In this document: positions 15,139-27,849 of the stretch, in pieces
How positions within the stretch are numbered: the first letter of the stretch is position 1
How the letters are laid out: every line of letters starts with the position of its first letter
Assembly (NCBI GenBank): GCA_964016885.1
Contig: OZ024742.1
Location: 5,208,001 to 5,272,000, forward strand
Length of the DNA: 64,000 bases
Direction: 5' to 3'
Source of the DNA: Eledone cirrhosa
Taxonomy: Eukaryota
The notes under the pieces: model-generated
Seen by the model: only the letters and a program-made list of their open reading frames with translations
Databases searched by the model: none
Told to the model about the DNA's origin: nothing
Translations under genes and position numbers: made by a program

Positions 15139-15183
<45 letters not shown>

Positions 15184-15269
15184 GTTTATATATATGTATA
15201 TATATATATGTATATATATATGTTTATATATATGTATATATATATATATATGTATATATATGTATATAT

Positions 15270-16592
15270 GAAGATGATCTAACGCTCATAGCTGAATCAA
15301 TGGCTGAACTAGAGAAGAAATTCCAAACATGGAAGCATGGCCTAGAATAAAAAGGCCTTAAAATTAACTTGTCTAGGACTAAAGTTCTAGTTTGTAGGAG
15401 GGAAAATAGGGCACTGGTCCCATCTGGGAAATGGCCATGCTCAGTGTGTAGGAAAGAAGTAGGCAGAAACTCCATTTTATGTCACAAATGCAAAGTATGG
15501 GTGCATAAAAGATGTAGTGGCATCACAGGTAAGCTAACTAAGAATATAGATTTTATATGTTGCCGGTGCTCTGGTGCAATAAATAGCAGCAAGTGCCCAC
15601 AGAATACTAGCTCATTCCATTGCACAGATGGTTCTATAGAAATAGTGGACACCTTCCGTTACCTGGGTGACAAAATCAGCAGTGGGGGAGGGTGCTCTGA
15701 AAGTACAGTAGCTAGAGTCAGAACGGGATGGAAAAAGTTAAGAGAGCTTATACCAATATTGGCCGCTAAAGGGTTCTCTCTAAAAATGAAAGACAGGCTG
15801 TATGATGCCTGCATACGAACAGCAATGTTACATGGCAGTGAAACCTGGGCATTGTGTGCAGAGGATATACGCAGACTGGAGAGAAACGAAGCTTGCATGC
15901 TCCGCTGGATGTGTAATAGTAATATACGTGAACGGCAAAGCATAAACGAACTAAGGGAGAAATTAGGAATAAGAGGGATCAGATGTTTACTCGAGAGAAA
16001 ATGTCGTTGGTACGGTCACGTGATGCGCATGAAAGACGACAGCTGTATAAAAAAGTGCAGGGCGATAAAAATAGACGGTAGCCACGGAGTAGGCAGACAC
16101 AGAAAAACCTAGGACGTCTTGATAAATTCCGACCTCACACACTTACACCTCTCTAAGACAATGTCACTGGACCGAGATCTTTGGCGCTACACAGTGATAC
16201 AGAAGACCCGCCTTGCCTAAGTACAAAGCGAAACCTACAGTCAGTAGGCACCTCTAACAAAATACACCCCCGTCCCACTACCCCCACCCCATCCACACCA
16301 CCCCTTTCAATGTAAAGTTATGTTTGTACCACAACATCCAGTCCGAAACAAATGAGGTCGTGTAGGTGTCACGACAAAAAAACACAGTCCACGTTGTAAT
16401 GTGGCCGTGTAGGTATCACGGTAAAAACCTCCCCGTCCACACTGTAAACGTGGTTGGTGTTAGGAAGGGCATCCAGCCGTAGAAAGCCCGCCAGACAGTC
16501 CTATACGAGCAGGACAAATCTTGCCTCAAGTGGGAAAACTCCCGTCCAAACCCATGCAAGCGTGGAAGATGGACGTTAAACGATGATGATGA

Positions 16593-16596
<4 letters not shown>
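15270..16596 (+). mobile_element. RTE family B, 3' fragment
   Basis: DDLTLIAES...WPCSVCRK...MLHGSETW...; nearly colinear with 30052-31388 including the 3' UTR and (GAT)n tail. Confidence 0.93.
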
Positions 16597-16643
<47 letters not shown>

Positions 16644-16824
16644 TGGAGGAGACAATATGTCTATTTTATCTGTCTCCTCAAACTTAAGATCGCCAGTGGT
16701 TTCGACAATTTAACTAAAATAAAAAAATTAAATTAAATATAATTACATAAATAGGGGTTCTCTTTTTCAAAGAGATATAGAAGGAAAATTAAAAAAGAAT
16801 AACATGACACCTTACGTGTATCTC

Positions 16825-16905
16825 ATCAGCCAGGATTGAACCTCAGTCCTCGATTGAACACCCAGACCTCATCATCACTGGTACTTCCCACTAAGCTACT
16901 GAAAC
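16825..16905 (-). mobile_element. tRNA-like (SINE head) fragment
   Basis: Minus strand has an A-box-like TAGCTTAGTGG and a B-box-like GGTTCAATCC. Confidence 0.4.
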
Positions 16906-17046
16906 TGATACAAAGAACTATGGAAAATTAATATTTATAAACATACTTTCAAAATAAAATTAATAAAATAAATTAAATTAAAAATAAAATGAAATAAATA
17001 GATATTGGGCTTTTAAACTTTAATATGTATATGTATATATATATAT

Positions 17047-17654
17047 AGTTGGTGTTTCTGGTAACATGTATCCCAGTACAACCTGTCTAATGGTCGGGTC
17101 GTTGGCGACTAAACTGGCAACCCCACCAAGGTTTCTTGGTGAGGAGGGTTACTTTGGTCATCCTGCAGGACTAAAAACAAAACCTGTCAAAGGGCAAAGA
17201 AGCTCTTATGAGTCAATGGCCATCTAAAATCACTGGGAGAGATGACCCCTTAGCCCTTGTCAAGGCAGAATTCTAGGAGAAGGAAAACTCTGATATAACA
17301 CCTGCAACCCTGATGGTATCCAATGATGTTGACATGTTCTTCTTTTTGGTAAATATCATCTTGGTTAAGAGAGTGGGACTGGCTTTGTGCAGTGCTCATT
17401 ATAAGCAGTGCTCACTATAAAAGCTTCACGGCACAGGCATTGCTTTGTATCTGGAGACCTCTCTGCACTTGTCGTCACATAGTACCATGGGCCCTGCACT
17501 GTGTCAATAATTGTCACAAGTGTAGTGTTTGTACCAAAGTTTTCAAGTCGCTGGCTGGACTAAAAATATAGCGCTATCCTCGGGATAGCATCGATAGGGG
17601 TTCTCCAACATGGATATAAAGTAGTGGCCGTACTCGAAAATGAGTTGGCAGCCA

Positions 17655-17656
<2 letters not shown>
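17047..17656 (+). mobile_element. Non-autonomous RTE-derived element, near full length (~600 bp)
   Basis: Colinear with 43180-43773; flanked by (TA)n on both sides. Confidence 0.85.
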
Positions 17657-17715
<59 letters not shown>

Positions 17716-17755
17716 TAGGAATAACCAAAGAGTGCTTAGAAATACATAGTTTTAT

Positions 17756-17804
17756 TAGCTAACAGTGTTTCATCCATACACCATGGCAAGAATCTTCAGA
17801 GCCT
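17756..17804 (-). ncRNA. Type-I hammerhead-like motif
   Basis: Minus strand: GGCT-CTGAAGA-ttcttgccatggtgtatggat-GAAAC-act-GTT-AGCT, followed by AATAAA. Confidence 0.6.
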
Positions 17805-17999
17805 ATAAACATGTGTATATCAGTAGTTGCATGCTCCATCGAGCTGCGTCACCAGAACAAGGTTAAATTACCAGCAGGGGGTCCCGAGGATAGCGCTATA
17901 TGGAAAAAGACATAATACATGATGCACATAATGTCATAAAATGTCTTAAAAATTTAAAGATTAAAAATTAAAAATTAAAAATTACACCAAAAATGTATC

Positions 18000-19830
18000 A
18001 CTCATATGGTGCAATAGATGATAAAGATTTACCTCAATGGCCAAGAAAACCCACACAGATAGATGGAACGGGTGGACCAGAGCCATACGGACACCCGAAA
18101 ACCACGATGAACTGAAGAAAATGATTGCACATGCGGTAGGGGCCAGCATAAAATTAACCCTTAAGGAACATATGTTCAAATTTAATGGTAAAACATATGC
18201 CCAAGAGGAAGGAGCAGCCATTGGTGTTAGCATTGCAGGCGACATAGCTAACTTATTCATGGTATGGTGGGACAGTAGACTTAAACAAAAACTTAATGAA
18301 CAATTAGAAGACAGCTTAACCCTGATAATGTACTCCCGCTACGTAGATGATATAAACATCGTAGTTAAGACACCCCCACCTAAGAACAGTCAGGAACTAG
18401 AGAAAAACACAATGGAAAGCATCCAGCAAATAGCAAACTCCATCCACCAGAGCATTAGAGTTACTATAGACTACCCAAGTAGACACTCCAACCATCGATT
18501 ACCTGTACTAGACACAGAGCTCTGGTTAGATACAATTAACAACCAAAAACAAATCCTCCATTCCCATTATGCCAAACCCATGACTTCCAAACATCTGATC
18601 CACCGAAACTCGGCCATTTCGGACCATAACAAAATCAACATACTGATTGCAGATTTGGTACGGGTGATGAGAAATGTGTCCCGCATGTGCAACCCCGAAG
18701 AACTAGAGAGACACATACAACACTTCATCCACCGTATGCAGTTCTCTGGCTACAATCAGAGAGATAGAATCAGAGTGTATAAAGGAGCCAGAACCAAATG
18801 GGAAAAAATAGGAAATAATGACATAAATGGGACCTGCCCCTTGTATAGGAGCAAATTTTGGAATAGAATAGAAAGAACTAGGAACAAGGCCAATAGAATA
18901 AACTCATGGTATGATAGCAATAAATACCAGAGTGTAATGTTCATCAATACAACCCCTAGAGGCGAACTAGCCTACAAATTTAGAAGGGCCCTAAAGAAAC
19001 ATAATCTCAATATTAAGATAGTAGAAAGACCTGGTACCTCCGTAAAAACACTTATTAGCAAGACATACCCGTTCCAAAGACCCTCATGTATAGATAAGAA
19101 ATGTATAACCTGTAAAATAAGCCCCCACATATTAACTGTAAAACTAGAAATGTAGTATATAGCATAAGATGTACTGAAGGACAATGTAGAAACAAAAATA
19201 TAGTGTACATAGGTGAGACAGCTCGTAGTATAGGGGAACGAATAAATGAACACTGGCGAGACCTCCAAGATAATAAAGAATCATCTGTGCTCTACCAACA
19301 TGCTAAGATAGAACACAGGGGTAAATTAGAGAGCATAGAAATAAAAATAGAATCCACACACAAGAAAGACGCAATGTTTAGGCAAATTACAGAGGCAGTA
19401 AGCATAAAAGAATTAAAACCAAAATTAAATAGAAAATATGAGTGGAACAGCAACATCACAACTTACAATTAAGGACAAAATGAAAACACACACACACATA
19501 GAACAAACAACTTACAATTGAAAACACACACAAAATGAAAACACACACAAGACAAAATGAAAACACACACACACATAGAACAAACAACCAACCAACAATA
19601 AATAGATAAATAAATAAACAAATAAAAAAAAATATAAATAGAAAAATAGAAAAATGAACACAAACACACACAGACACCCGGATGTGGCGCATGCGCAAAC
19701 TGAGCACGCAACCCACACACAAACAAAATGGCGTAGGATAGAAGAAAGGAAAGGCACAGAAACGAAGAAAGAAATCCCCAGTCACTGAAGAGGTCACAGA
19801 GTGTGTGACGAAAGAACTATGACTATATAT
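18000..19830 (+). mobile_element. Penelope-like element, 5'-truncated: RT, GIY-YIG and 3' terminal hammerhead
   Basis: ORF 18037-19155: QEEGAAIGVSIAGDIANLFM, YSRYVDDI, LPVLDTEL, HYAKPM. After a frameshift, 19203-19472 reads YIGETARSIGERINEH...RQITEAVSI...LNRKYEW. Confidence 0.93.
19780..19824 (+). ncRNA. Minimal type-I hammerhead ribozyme at the Penelope 3' end
   Basis: AGTCA-CTGAAGA-g-GTCACA-gagtg-TGTGAC-GAAAG-aa-CTA-TGACT: perfect stems I and II, CUA triplet. Confidence 0.82.
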
Positions 19831-20369
19831 ATATAAACAACTATCTGGTTGTGGAACCAACCAACCAACCAGAAATTTATAAATTTGTAAATTTATAAAT
19901 ATATAATAAATTAAATTGAAGTGAAAGCAACTGGTGCGTGTGTTTCTTATTGGCAACATGACCCTCCCAAAGTATAACAATATCGGTTTCAACACACGAT
20001 TTCAGATAAAGAATCTTGCTAAACAAATTCAGAAACGAAATAATATAATTTGTTTATCTATATTACTCTCTATGCAGAAATAAGGAAACATTTGCACATG
20101 GTCGACCCTGACTATACGTTCATATTAGTTGTGAAGCTTTGCTTTAGAGAAATAGAAAGAAGACGACTATATTTGTAATTCGAAGTATAATCGATGTAAG
20201 TATGATAAAAAATATTTGAAACATTGGAGATGATGTGCATCTAAATACTAAGCATATACAGATGTACACATAAGTGAAAATGAACACAAGCACACACAAA
20301 TAGATGGATAGCTGCACACACATGCATACATATCTACCTAGTTGATGTTTAAATTGCAACAAGTCTTGT

Positions 20370-21950
20370 CATCATCTTCATCACTTTACGTCCGCTTTTC
20401 CTTGCTTGCAAGGGTGGGACGAACCTATTGAGCACAGTATCTCTCCACTTGTCACGGTCCTTCGTCATCTCCTCATTGAGCTTTAGAGATTTGAGGTCTG
20501 CTCACACCAGCTCCACCCGTATTTTTCGTGGTCTTCCTCTACTGCGTTGTCCTTCTACTGGGATTTCTTGGCACTTCTTTACCTAGGTGTCATCCTCCAT
20601 GCACATCACATGTCTATACCAACACAGTCTTCTCTCCCGCACACTACAACTTATCCCAGTTAAACAGTTTCTCCCTGAAGTCCTCCATGCCTAGTCGTTC
20701 ATTTCTCTCCAGCCATCGCATATCCTCTGCAGTTGCTGCCCAAGTCTCACTACCATGCAGCATCGCGCATCTCACATAGTCATCATATAACCGTCCTTTC
20801 GTACGCAGGAAGAAATCCTTCTTTGTCAACAGAGGAAGCAGCTCCCTAAATTTCTTCCAACCCGTCCTTATTCTAGATCCTATGGTATCGGAACACCCCC
20901 TCCCATTCTAATCAGATCACCTAGGTAGCGGAAGCTATCACCCACTTCTATAGAACCCACCTTCATGTGGTAAATGTGTCTATCACTGCGTCTTCTACTG
21001 TCAAGTTCTGTACAACTACTGCATACGTAGTTAGTTTGCCTGCTATCCCACTACATCTCTTGTGTACCCAGGATCTGCATTGTGTACATTTTATAGAATT
21101 TATCCCAACTCCTTTTCTACATATTGAACATGACCATTTCCCTGATGGAATCAGAGTTTTGTCCTCTTCTCTACTTATCAATACTTTTGTCTTAGCTAGG
21201 TTCACTCTCAGTCCTCTTGATTCCAACTGCTTTTTCCATAGACAGAATTTCTTCTCTAGTTCCTCTACTGAATCTGCTATAAGTACCAGATCGTCAGCCT
21301 AGAGAAGTTCCCATGGGCAGCCAGTCTTAAACTTGTGTTATGGCTTGGAGAATTATAATGAACCAGAGCGGGCTGAGGACAGAGCCCTGATGCACTCCTA
21401 CTTGTATCTGGAATTCCTCATTAAACTCCATTACTTCTCTCACTTTACTGACAGAACCTCTGTACATAGCTTGCACTGTCCTCACAAGCCATTCCTCTAC
21501 ACCTATTTTCCTTAGAGACCACCAGATGACAGATCGTGGTACACTATCAAAGACCTCCTCTAAGTCATCAAAGGCTAAGTATAGTGGCTTATTCTTCTCT
21601 AAGAACCTCTCTTGTAGTTGTATCACTAAGAAGAGGGCATCTGTTGTACTTTTCCCAGGCATAAAACCAAACTGCATCTCATTTAGTTTGGCCCTTTCTC
21701 TAATTAGTTGCAATAGTATTCTTTCTGTCACTTTCATAACCTGATCCATCAGTTTGATGCCCCTATAATTGCTCATTTCCAGAGCATCCCTTTCTACCTT
21801 TGTCGCAATTTATAAGAATACTGCTGCACCAGTCTTTGGGTATGACGCAACCATATATATAACTTGATTGACGATGCGTGCAACCAGTTTAGTAGCTACT
21901 TTTGATGCCCTAACCCTATATTCGTCTTTGTGAATAGCAGGTCCCTCTAT
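20370..21950 (-). mobile_element. RTE family A, 3' half, decayed
   Basis: SNYRGIKLMDQVMKV...GVHQGSVLSPL, WSCSICRKGVG, MLHGSETW in minus-strand ORFs; (GAT)n tail at ~20370. Confidence 0.92.
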
Positions 21951-22310
21951 CAGATAATAATTTGTGAAAAAATGAAAGCAGAAAACACACACATACATAT
22001 ATACACTCACACACTCTCTCACTCACATGAACAGACATTGAGCACTAAATATCTATTTGTTCTTAAAATATAAATTCAATAATAATTAATTGCTAAGATG
22101 GATTACATTGCCACCGGTTATATTTTATATATTTCCTAAAACTCGTTTGTTTAAAAAGCTTAATTTTTTTTTCTTTTTATTCTGACATTATGACTTGTAG
22201 CTCTGATAAGTTGAGCTAGATTGCCAGCGTTGAAATAGTTGCGCTTTAGTTTTGATGTAGCCGTGAGTCGTCATGTATGTATATACTTATGTGTACATAT
22301 ATCTATGTGC

Positions 22311-22397
<87 letters not shown>

Positions 22398-22479
22398 GGA
22401 GGTGAGTTTTATTGTAGTACAATAAAGCAATGCAGATATCGGATAAGAAGCACTCTACAGTTTGTGGGACTGGGGTATG

Positions 22480-22667
<188 letters not shown>

Positions 22668-23469
22668 GTGTATAGTGTTTGTGTGTTTACATAAGACTAC
22701 AAATCTGTTTATGCAGAATTCCAATTATCAAAGGGAGATTACTCTACAATATTTTAATAACATTATTGGAGTTGTTTCCCTTTTATCCGGAAATGTTGTC
22801 GTTTGATAAAACTGTCATTGAATTTATGCCTTGTTAAGGCTGGTTCGGTCTCAGTCAGTGCTAAGTGTATGCTGTTAAAAGAAAGATATTTCATGTGACA
22901 TAATTACTGCAACAGGTTAGGTATTTTCAAGGTTTGGGGTTGTATTTTATTGTTCAAATATGATTGTCACTTAGATAAGACAGGATTCATCAATTTGTAG
23001 AACAATTGATAGGATTAAGTTTTAATTTTTGGGTGGGTGTGTATATATGAAACTGAATAGCTATTTATATACATGATCTGTTGATTCTCTATCCTTCTTT
23101 CTCATAAATATAGACATAGAAATTACGATATACAAGTACACACATACATGCATACACTCACACACACACATATATTTCACATTGTTCTGATCAAAATATT
23201 TAATTTCTTCACAGAATAATAAATCATGTTTTAGTTTTTGCTGGTGTTGTTCGTTATGGTGGTGGTGTTGTTTGGATTGGCGGTGTTGTTGGGAGTGATG
23301 GCGGTGTTTGTGTTGTTGTTGTTACACATACACACACATACCCACACTGACTGGCAAAACTATTCTTTCATCTCAATGAAATTTCCGCCCAAACAACTAC
23401 TACCACCTCCATCCCCACCACCAGGTTCACAATTATACACACACACACAGATACATACATATACACATG

Positions 23470-23906
23470 TGTGAGATCCGTGATACTGCATGGTAGTGAG
23501 ACATGGGCAGCAACTGCAGAAGATATGCGATGGCTAGAGAGAAATGAAGCAAGCATGCTCCATTGGATGTGCAATGCCAAAGTGCGTGAACGACCAAGCA
23601 TAGACGAGTTGAGAAAGAAACTGGGTATAAGAGGGATAAGTTGTAGTGTGCAGGAGAGAAGGCTGAGATGGTATGGACATGTGATGCGAATGTAGGATGA
23701 CCGCCGGGTAAAGAAGTGCCAAGAAATCCCAGTAGAAGGAAGACGCAGTAGAGGTAGACCACGAAAAACATGGGCGGAGGTGGTGAGAGCAGACCTCAAA
23801 TCTCACCGAGGAGATGACGAAGGACCGTGACAAGTGGAGAGATGCTGTGCTGAATAGGACCCGTCCAACCCTTACAAGCAGGGAAAAGCGGACGTAAAAT
23901 GATGAT
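23470..23906 (+). mobile_element. RTE family A, 3' fragment
   Basis: ILHGSETWAATAEDMR...RLRWYGHVMRM; tail GGACGTAAAATGATGAT. Confidence 0.9.
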
Positions 23907-24050
23907 ATTAGTGGGTGTGTGTGTATATTGACTGCAAATTAGATAACGCCTACATAATTAGTTAACGCCTATGTCTTTCATTGTCATGTGTCATTCCTTA
24001 TTGAGATCCTTATAAATACCAGTGTTTGTTTTATACTTTCCATATTCCAG

Positions 24051-24153
24051 GCTCCAGGTGGAAATATGTCTCTGTCACCTGCATACCAGTTAGATCTCAG
24101 CACACCAGCTCCTGCCACTTCATAATCCCTCACGGGAAGTCAAATGGCTGCAG
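24051..24153 (+). other. Candidate exon of an unidentified transcript (103 nt)
   Basis: Pyrimidine-rich TTCCAG acceptor and CAG|GTCAGT donor; GC-richer than flanks; one open frame (SRWKYVSVTCIPVRSQHTSSCHFIIPHGKSNGC). Confidence 0.45.
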
Positions 24154-24449
24154 GTCAGTCAGATTTATATTTAATTTATTTCTTAAAAAATAAAATTTCA
24201 GTTTAATTTATTTCTTAAAAAAAAGTTCAATTTAATTTTTTTCTTAAAAAATAAAAAGTTTAATTTCATTTATTTCTTAAAAAAAAAATTAAATATAATT
24301 AATTTCTTCAAAAAAAAGCTTTGTTAAATTTATTTTTACGTTTTGTATTGTGGAAAAATTTTCCATTTAATTAATTTCATCATTTTGTTGTATATACACA
24401 CATGCATATATATACAATTGTTATATATATATATATAAAATGTCATATA

Positions 24450-24640
24450 AGGTGGGAGTTATTAGAATACCTTGCAGTATTCCTTTTTGTTCTATGCTCT
24501 CTGAGTTGAAATCCCGCCGAGGTCAACTTTGCCTTTCATCCCTTGGAGGTTGATAAAAAAAGTAGCAGTGAAATACTGATGTGAATTCTTCCTCTCTTTA
24601 TTTTTCTCACTTTATCTTTTTATGAATAAAAGTACCAGTC
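24450..24640 (+). mobile_element. tRNA-derived SINE, decayed (paralogous copy at 60310-60510)
   Basis: GAGTTGAAATCC B box followed by GTCAACTTTGCCTTTCATCC...GATAAAAAAAGTAGCAG central domain. Confidence 0.7.
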
Positions 24641-25019
24641 CTCTCTTCTCTGTGTTTTTGCTGCTTTTTCCCTGTCTATCTTTCTGGAAGAATTTGCTAT
24701 TTTTAGAACTGGAGGGGGTGGGATTTGTTAGGGATTAAGGTTAGAAACTGAAAGATATATATGTATAATATGTGTGTTGATGAAATTATGTTGGTGGTGG
24801 TGGTAAAAATTGTTTTGCAAGATTTATCTGGAAAAATCTGTTGAATTATATTGTTTTGTTTTCACTTTGATTTATTATATAATTATGGTTGGTTGGTTGT
24901 CTCTCTCGTGGTTACTGGTATTGTCTCTCTGTTCTCTCGTTTGACAAACGACTTTATAAAAGCTGACTCAATATTGTTCAATGTTTTACTGCTACTTTAA
25001 GAGACGGGTGGGCAAAGGG

Positions 25020-26672
25020 GGACAATAATATCTGCTTACACACCCCAATGTGGACTGCCTGGCGTTATTAAAGACAGATTCTATGAGTCGCTAATGCTCA
25101 CTACCTCCCAACTAACCGACAGTGACAACATAATTGTTGGCGACCTAAATGGTCATGTTGGACAACATTGTGATAGCTATGATGGAATCCATGGTGGCTA
25201 CAGGTTTGGTACCAGAAATGAGGAAGGCTTTAGAATCCTGGAATTCTGTAACTCTAATAACCTAACTATCTGTAACACAAACTTTAAAAAACGAGACAAT
25301 CACTTGATCACCTATAGATCAGGGGAACATGCCAGTCAGATAGATTATATCCTTACCAGAAGATGTGAAAAAGTGTCTGTTGTAAACACTATTTCCCTCC
25401 CCCGTGAAGAATGCACCTCCCAACATAGCTCATAGTTAGTGACCTCATAGTCAGGACGAGACGTATTCGGCAACAGAGGAGGACTACCCTGAGAAGAAGA
25501 ATATGAAAGTTAAAGGACCCCACAGCCAGTAACAAATTTAAAAGCAAATTACTTGATGCTTTTGACAGTAAAGAAGAGCAATTAGAGACATACAGTATAG
25601 AGGAACAGTGGGAATTCCTGAAAGTTAACTTGCTGAAGGCGACAGATGAAATCTGTAGCTGGAGCAGACCTATAGGCAGGAGGAGAGTAACTTGGTGGTG
25701 GAACAGTAAGGTGGAGGAGTCAATCAAGGCCAAAAAGAGAGCTTGGAAAGTATGGCGGGATGGGGGAAGCAGAGAAGACTATCAAGTGGCCAGGAGGGAA
25801 GCTAGGAGACAAGTGTACTTTGCAAGAAGGGAAGCAGAAGAAATAAAGTTCAAGCATGTTCTACAACGTGAGGACCAAAAACGTGAGGTGTTCAGGATTG
25901 CTAGGCAATGTGTCAAGGAAAACCGTGATATTGTCGGGGAGAAGTGTGCCCGTAATGATGATGGTATACTTGTCATCACTGATACAGATAAAAAGGTAGC
26001 TTGGAAGTGTCACTACAAGAGGCTACTAAATGAGGAGAATAAGTGGGAAAAAGATAGTCTACCCCAAAACAATCCAATAGAGGAACCAGCAGTGCAAGTT
26101 GAAGGTTGTATAATAAGTAAGGCAATCAAAGATATGGAGACAGGCAAAGCAGCTGGGCCTTCAGAGATAGTTGCTGAAATGTTGAAAGCATCTGGATCGG
26201 TGGGACATTCTATGGTCACCCGGATAGTAAACCATGTCATACAGAATGGGGTTATACCAAATGACTGGCATAATAGCATCATCATCATTAACTTCTACAA
26301 GGGTAAAGGAGATGCCCTATATAGGGGAAACTATAGAGGCATTAAATTAATTGACCAGGTCATGAAGGTCACAGAAAGAGTTATAGCGCAATTAATAAGA
26401 GAGCGAATTGATCTAGACGAAATGCCGTTTGGGTTTGTGTCAAGTAAAAGTACCACAGACGCTCTTTTCCTTGTAGGACAACTACAGGAGAAGTACCTAG
26501 CTAAAAGTAAACCCCGATACTTAGCTTTTGTTGACTTGGAGAAAGCCTTTGGCAGAGTCCCCCGCTCCATTATCTGGTGGACTCTTAGAAAACTAGGTGT
26601 TGATGAATTGCTTGTCAGAGCTATACAAACCATGTATGAAGAAAAAGTCAGCAAGGTTAGAATTAACAACGA
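25020..26672 (+). mobile_element. RTE family B, internal fragment (APE to RT)
   Basis: ORFs 25094-25435 and 25630-26736: GDLNGHVG, SQIDY, NYRGIKL, FVDLEKAF; colinear with 28270-29920. Confidence 0.93.
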
Positions 26673-27001
26673 ATCATCATTTTACATCCGCTTTTCCCTG
26701 TTTGCAAGGGTGGGACGGGAACTGATTCTGGCTTGATTTCTACAGCCGGATGCCCTTCCTAACACCAACCTCATTTACAGTGAGTGCTGGGTGCTTTATT
26801 TCCGTGGCGCCTACACGTCCACTTTACAGTGGAATGATAGGGACCCCTGTCCTATCATCTCATTTCTACAGCTGAGTAAACAGGAGCAATGTGAAATAAA
26901 GTGTCTTGCTCAAGGAAACAACACATCACCCGGTGTGAGCATTGAAATCACAACCTTTCGATTGCCAGGCCAATGCTCTAACCACTAAGCCATGTGCCTC
27001 C
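26673..27001 (-). mobile_element. tRNA-derived SINE with CORE-like domain and RTE-type tail
   Basis: Minus strand: GGAGGCACATGGCTTAGTGGTTAGAGCA (A box)...CCTTGAGCAAGACACTTTATTTCAC...GGAAGGGCATCCGGCTGTAGAAA...AAGCGGATGTAAAATGATGA. May be two adjacent pieces. Confidence 0.7.
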
Positions 27002-27840
27002 ATATACATATAAATACATATACATACATATACATACATACATACACATACATACATACATACACACATACATATATATATACATAATATACATATACAT
27101 ACATACATACACATAAGCATATACACATATACACAATCATATACACATATACACAAGCATATACACATATACACAAGTATATATACATATACACAAGTAT
27201 ATATACATATGCACAAGTATATATACATATACACAAGTATATATATACATATACACAAGTATATATACATATACGCAAGTATATATACATATACACAAGT
27301 ATATATACATATACACAAGTATATATACATATACACAAGTATATATACATATACACAAGTATATATACATATACATACATACATATATACATATACATAC
27401 ATACATATATACATATATACATATACATATACATACATACATATACATACATATATACACATACATACATATATACATATACATACATACATATACATAT
27501 ATACATATACATACACACATATACATACATATACACATATATACACATACATATACACATACATACATATACACATACATACATATACACATACATACAT
27601 ATACATACATATACACATACATACATATACATATACACATATATACATACACACATATATACATACACACATATATACATACACACATATACATACACAC
27701 ATATATACATACACACATATACATACACACATATATACATACACACACATATGCATACATACATATACACAAATATACACATACATACACATACATATAC
27801 ATACATACACACACATATGCATACATATATATATATACGT
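27002..27840. repeat. (CATA)/(CA)/(TA) complex microsatellite with an embedded 20-bp minisatellite (CACAAGTATATATACATATA) at ~27170-27372
   Basis: Direct reading. Confidence 0.95.
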
Positions 27841-27849
27841 ACATAAAAA

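Larger units (their letters stand above)
23178..24980 (+). repeat. Duplicated intron-like block, copy 1 (paralogue 59601-60782), interrupted by an RTE fragment
   Basis: Shared CATTGTTCTGATCAAAATAT...CAGGTCAGTCAGATTTATATTTAATTTATTT...AAAAGCTGACTCA. Confidence 0.85.

Noticed and set aside
24154-24340. Regularly spaced ~30-bp AT-rich ladder (also 60030-60190), superficially CRISPR-like
   Set aside because: A low-complexity tandem repeat without unique spacers in a eukaryotic context; no cas genes.
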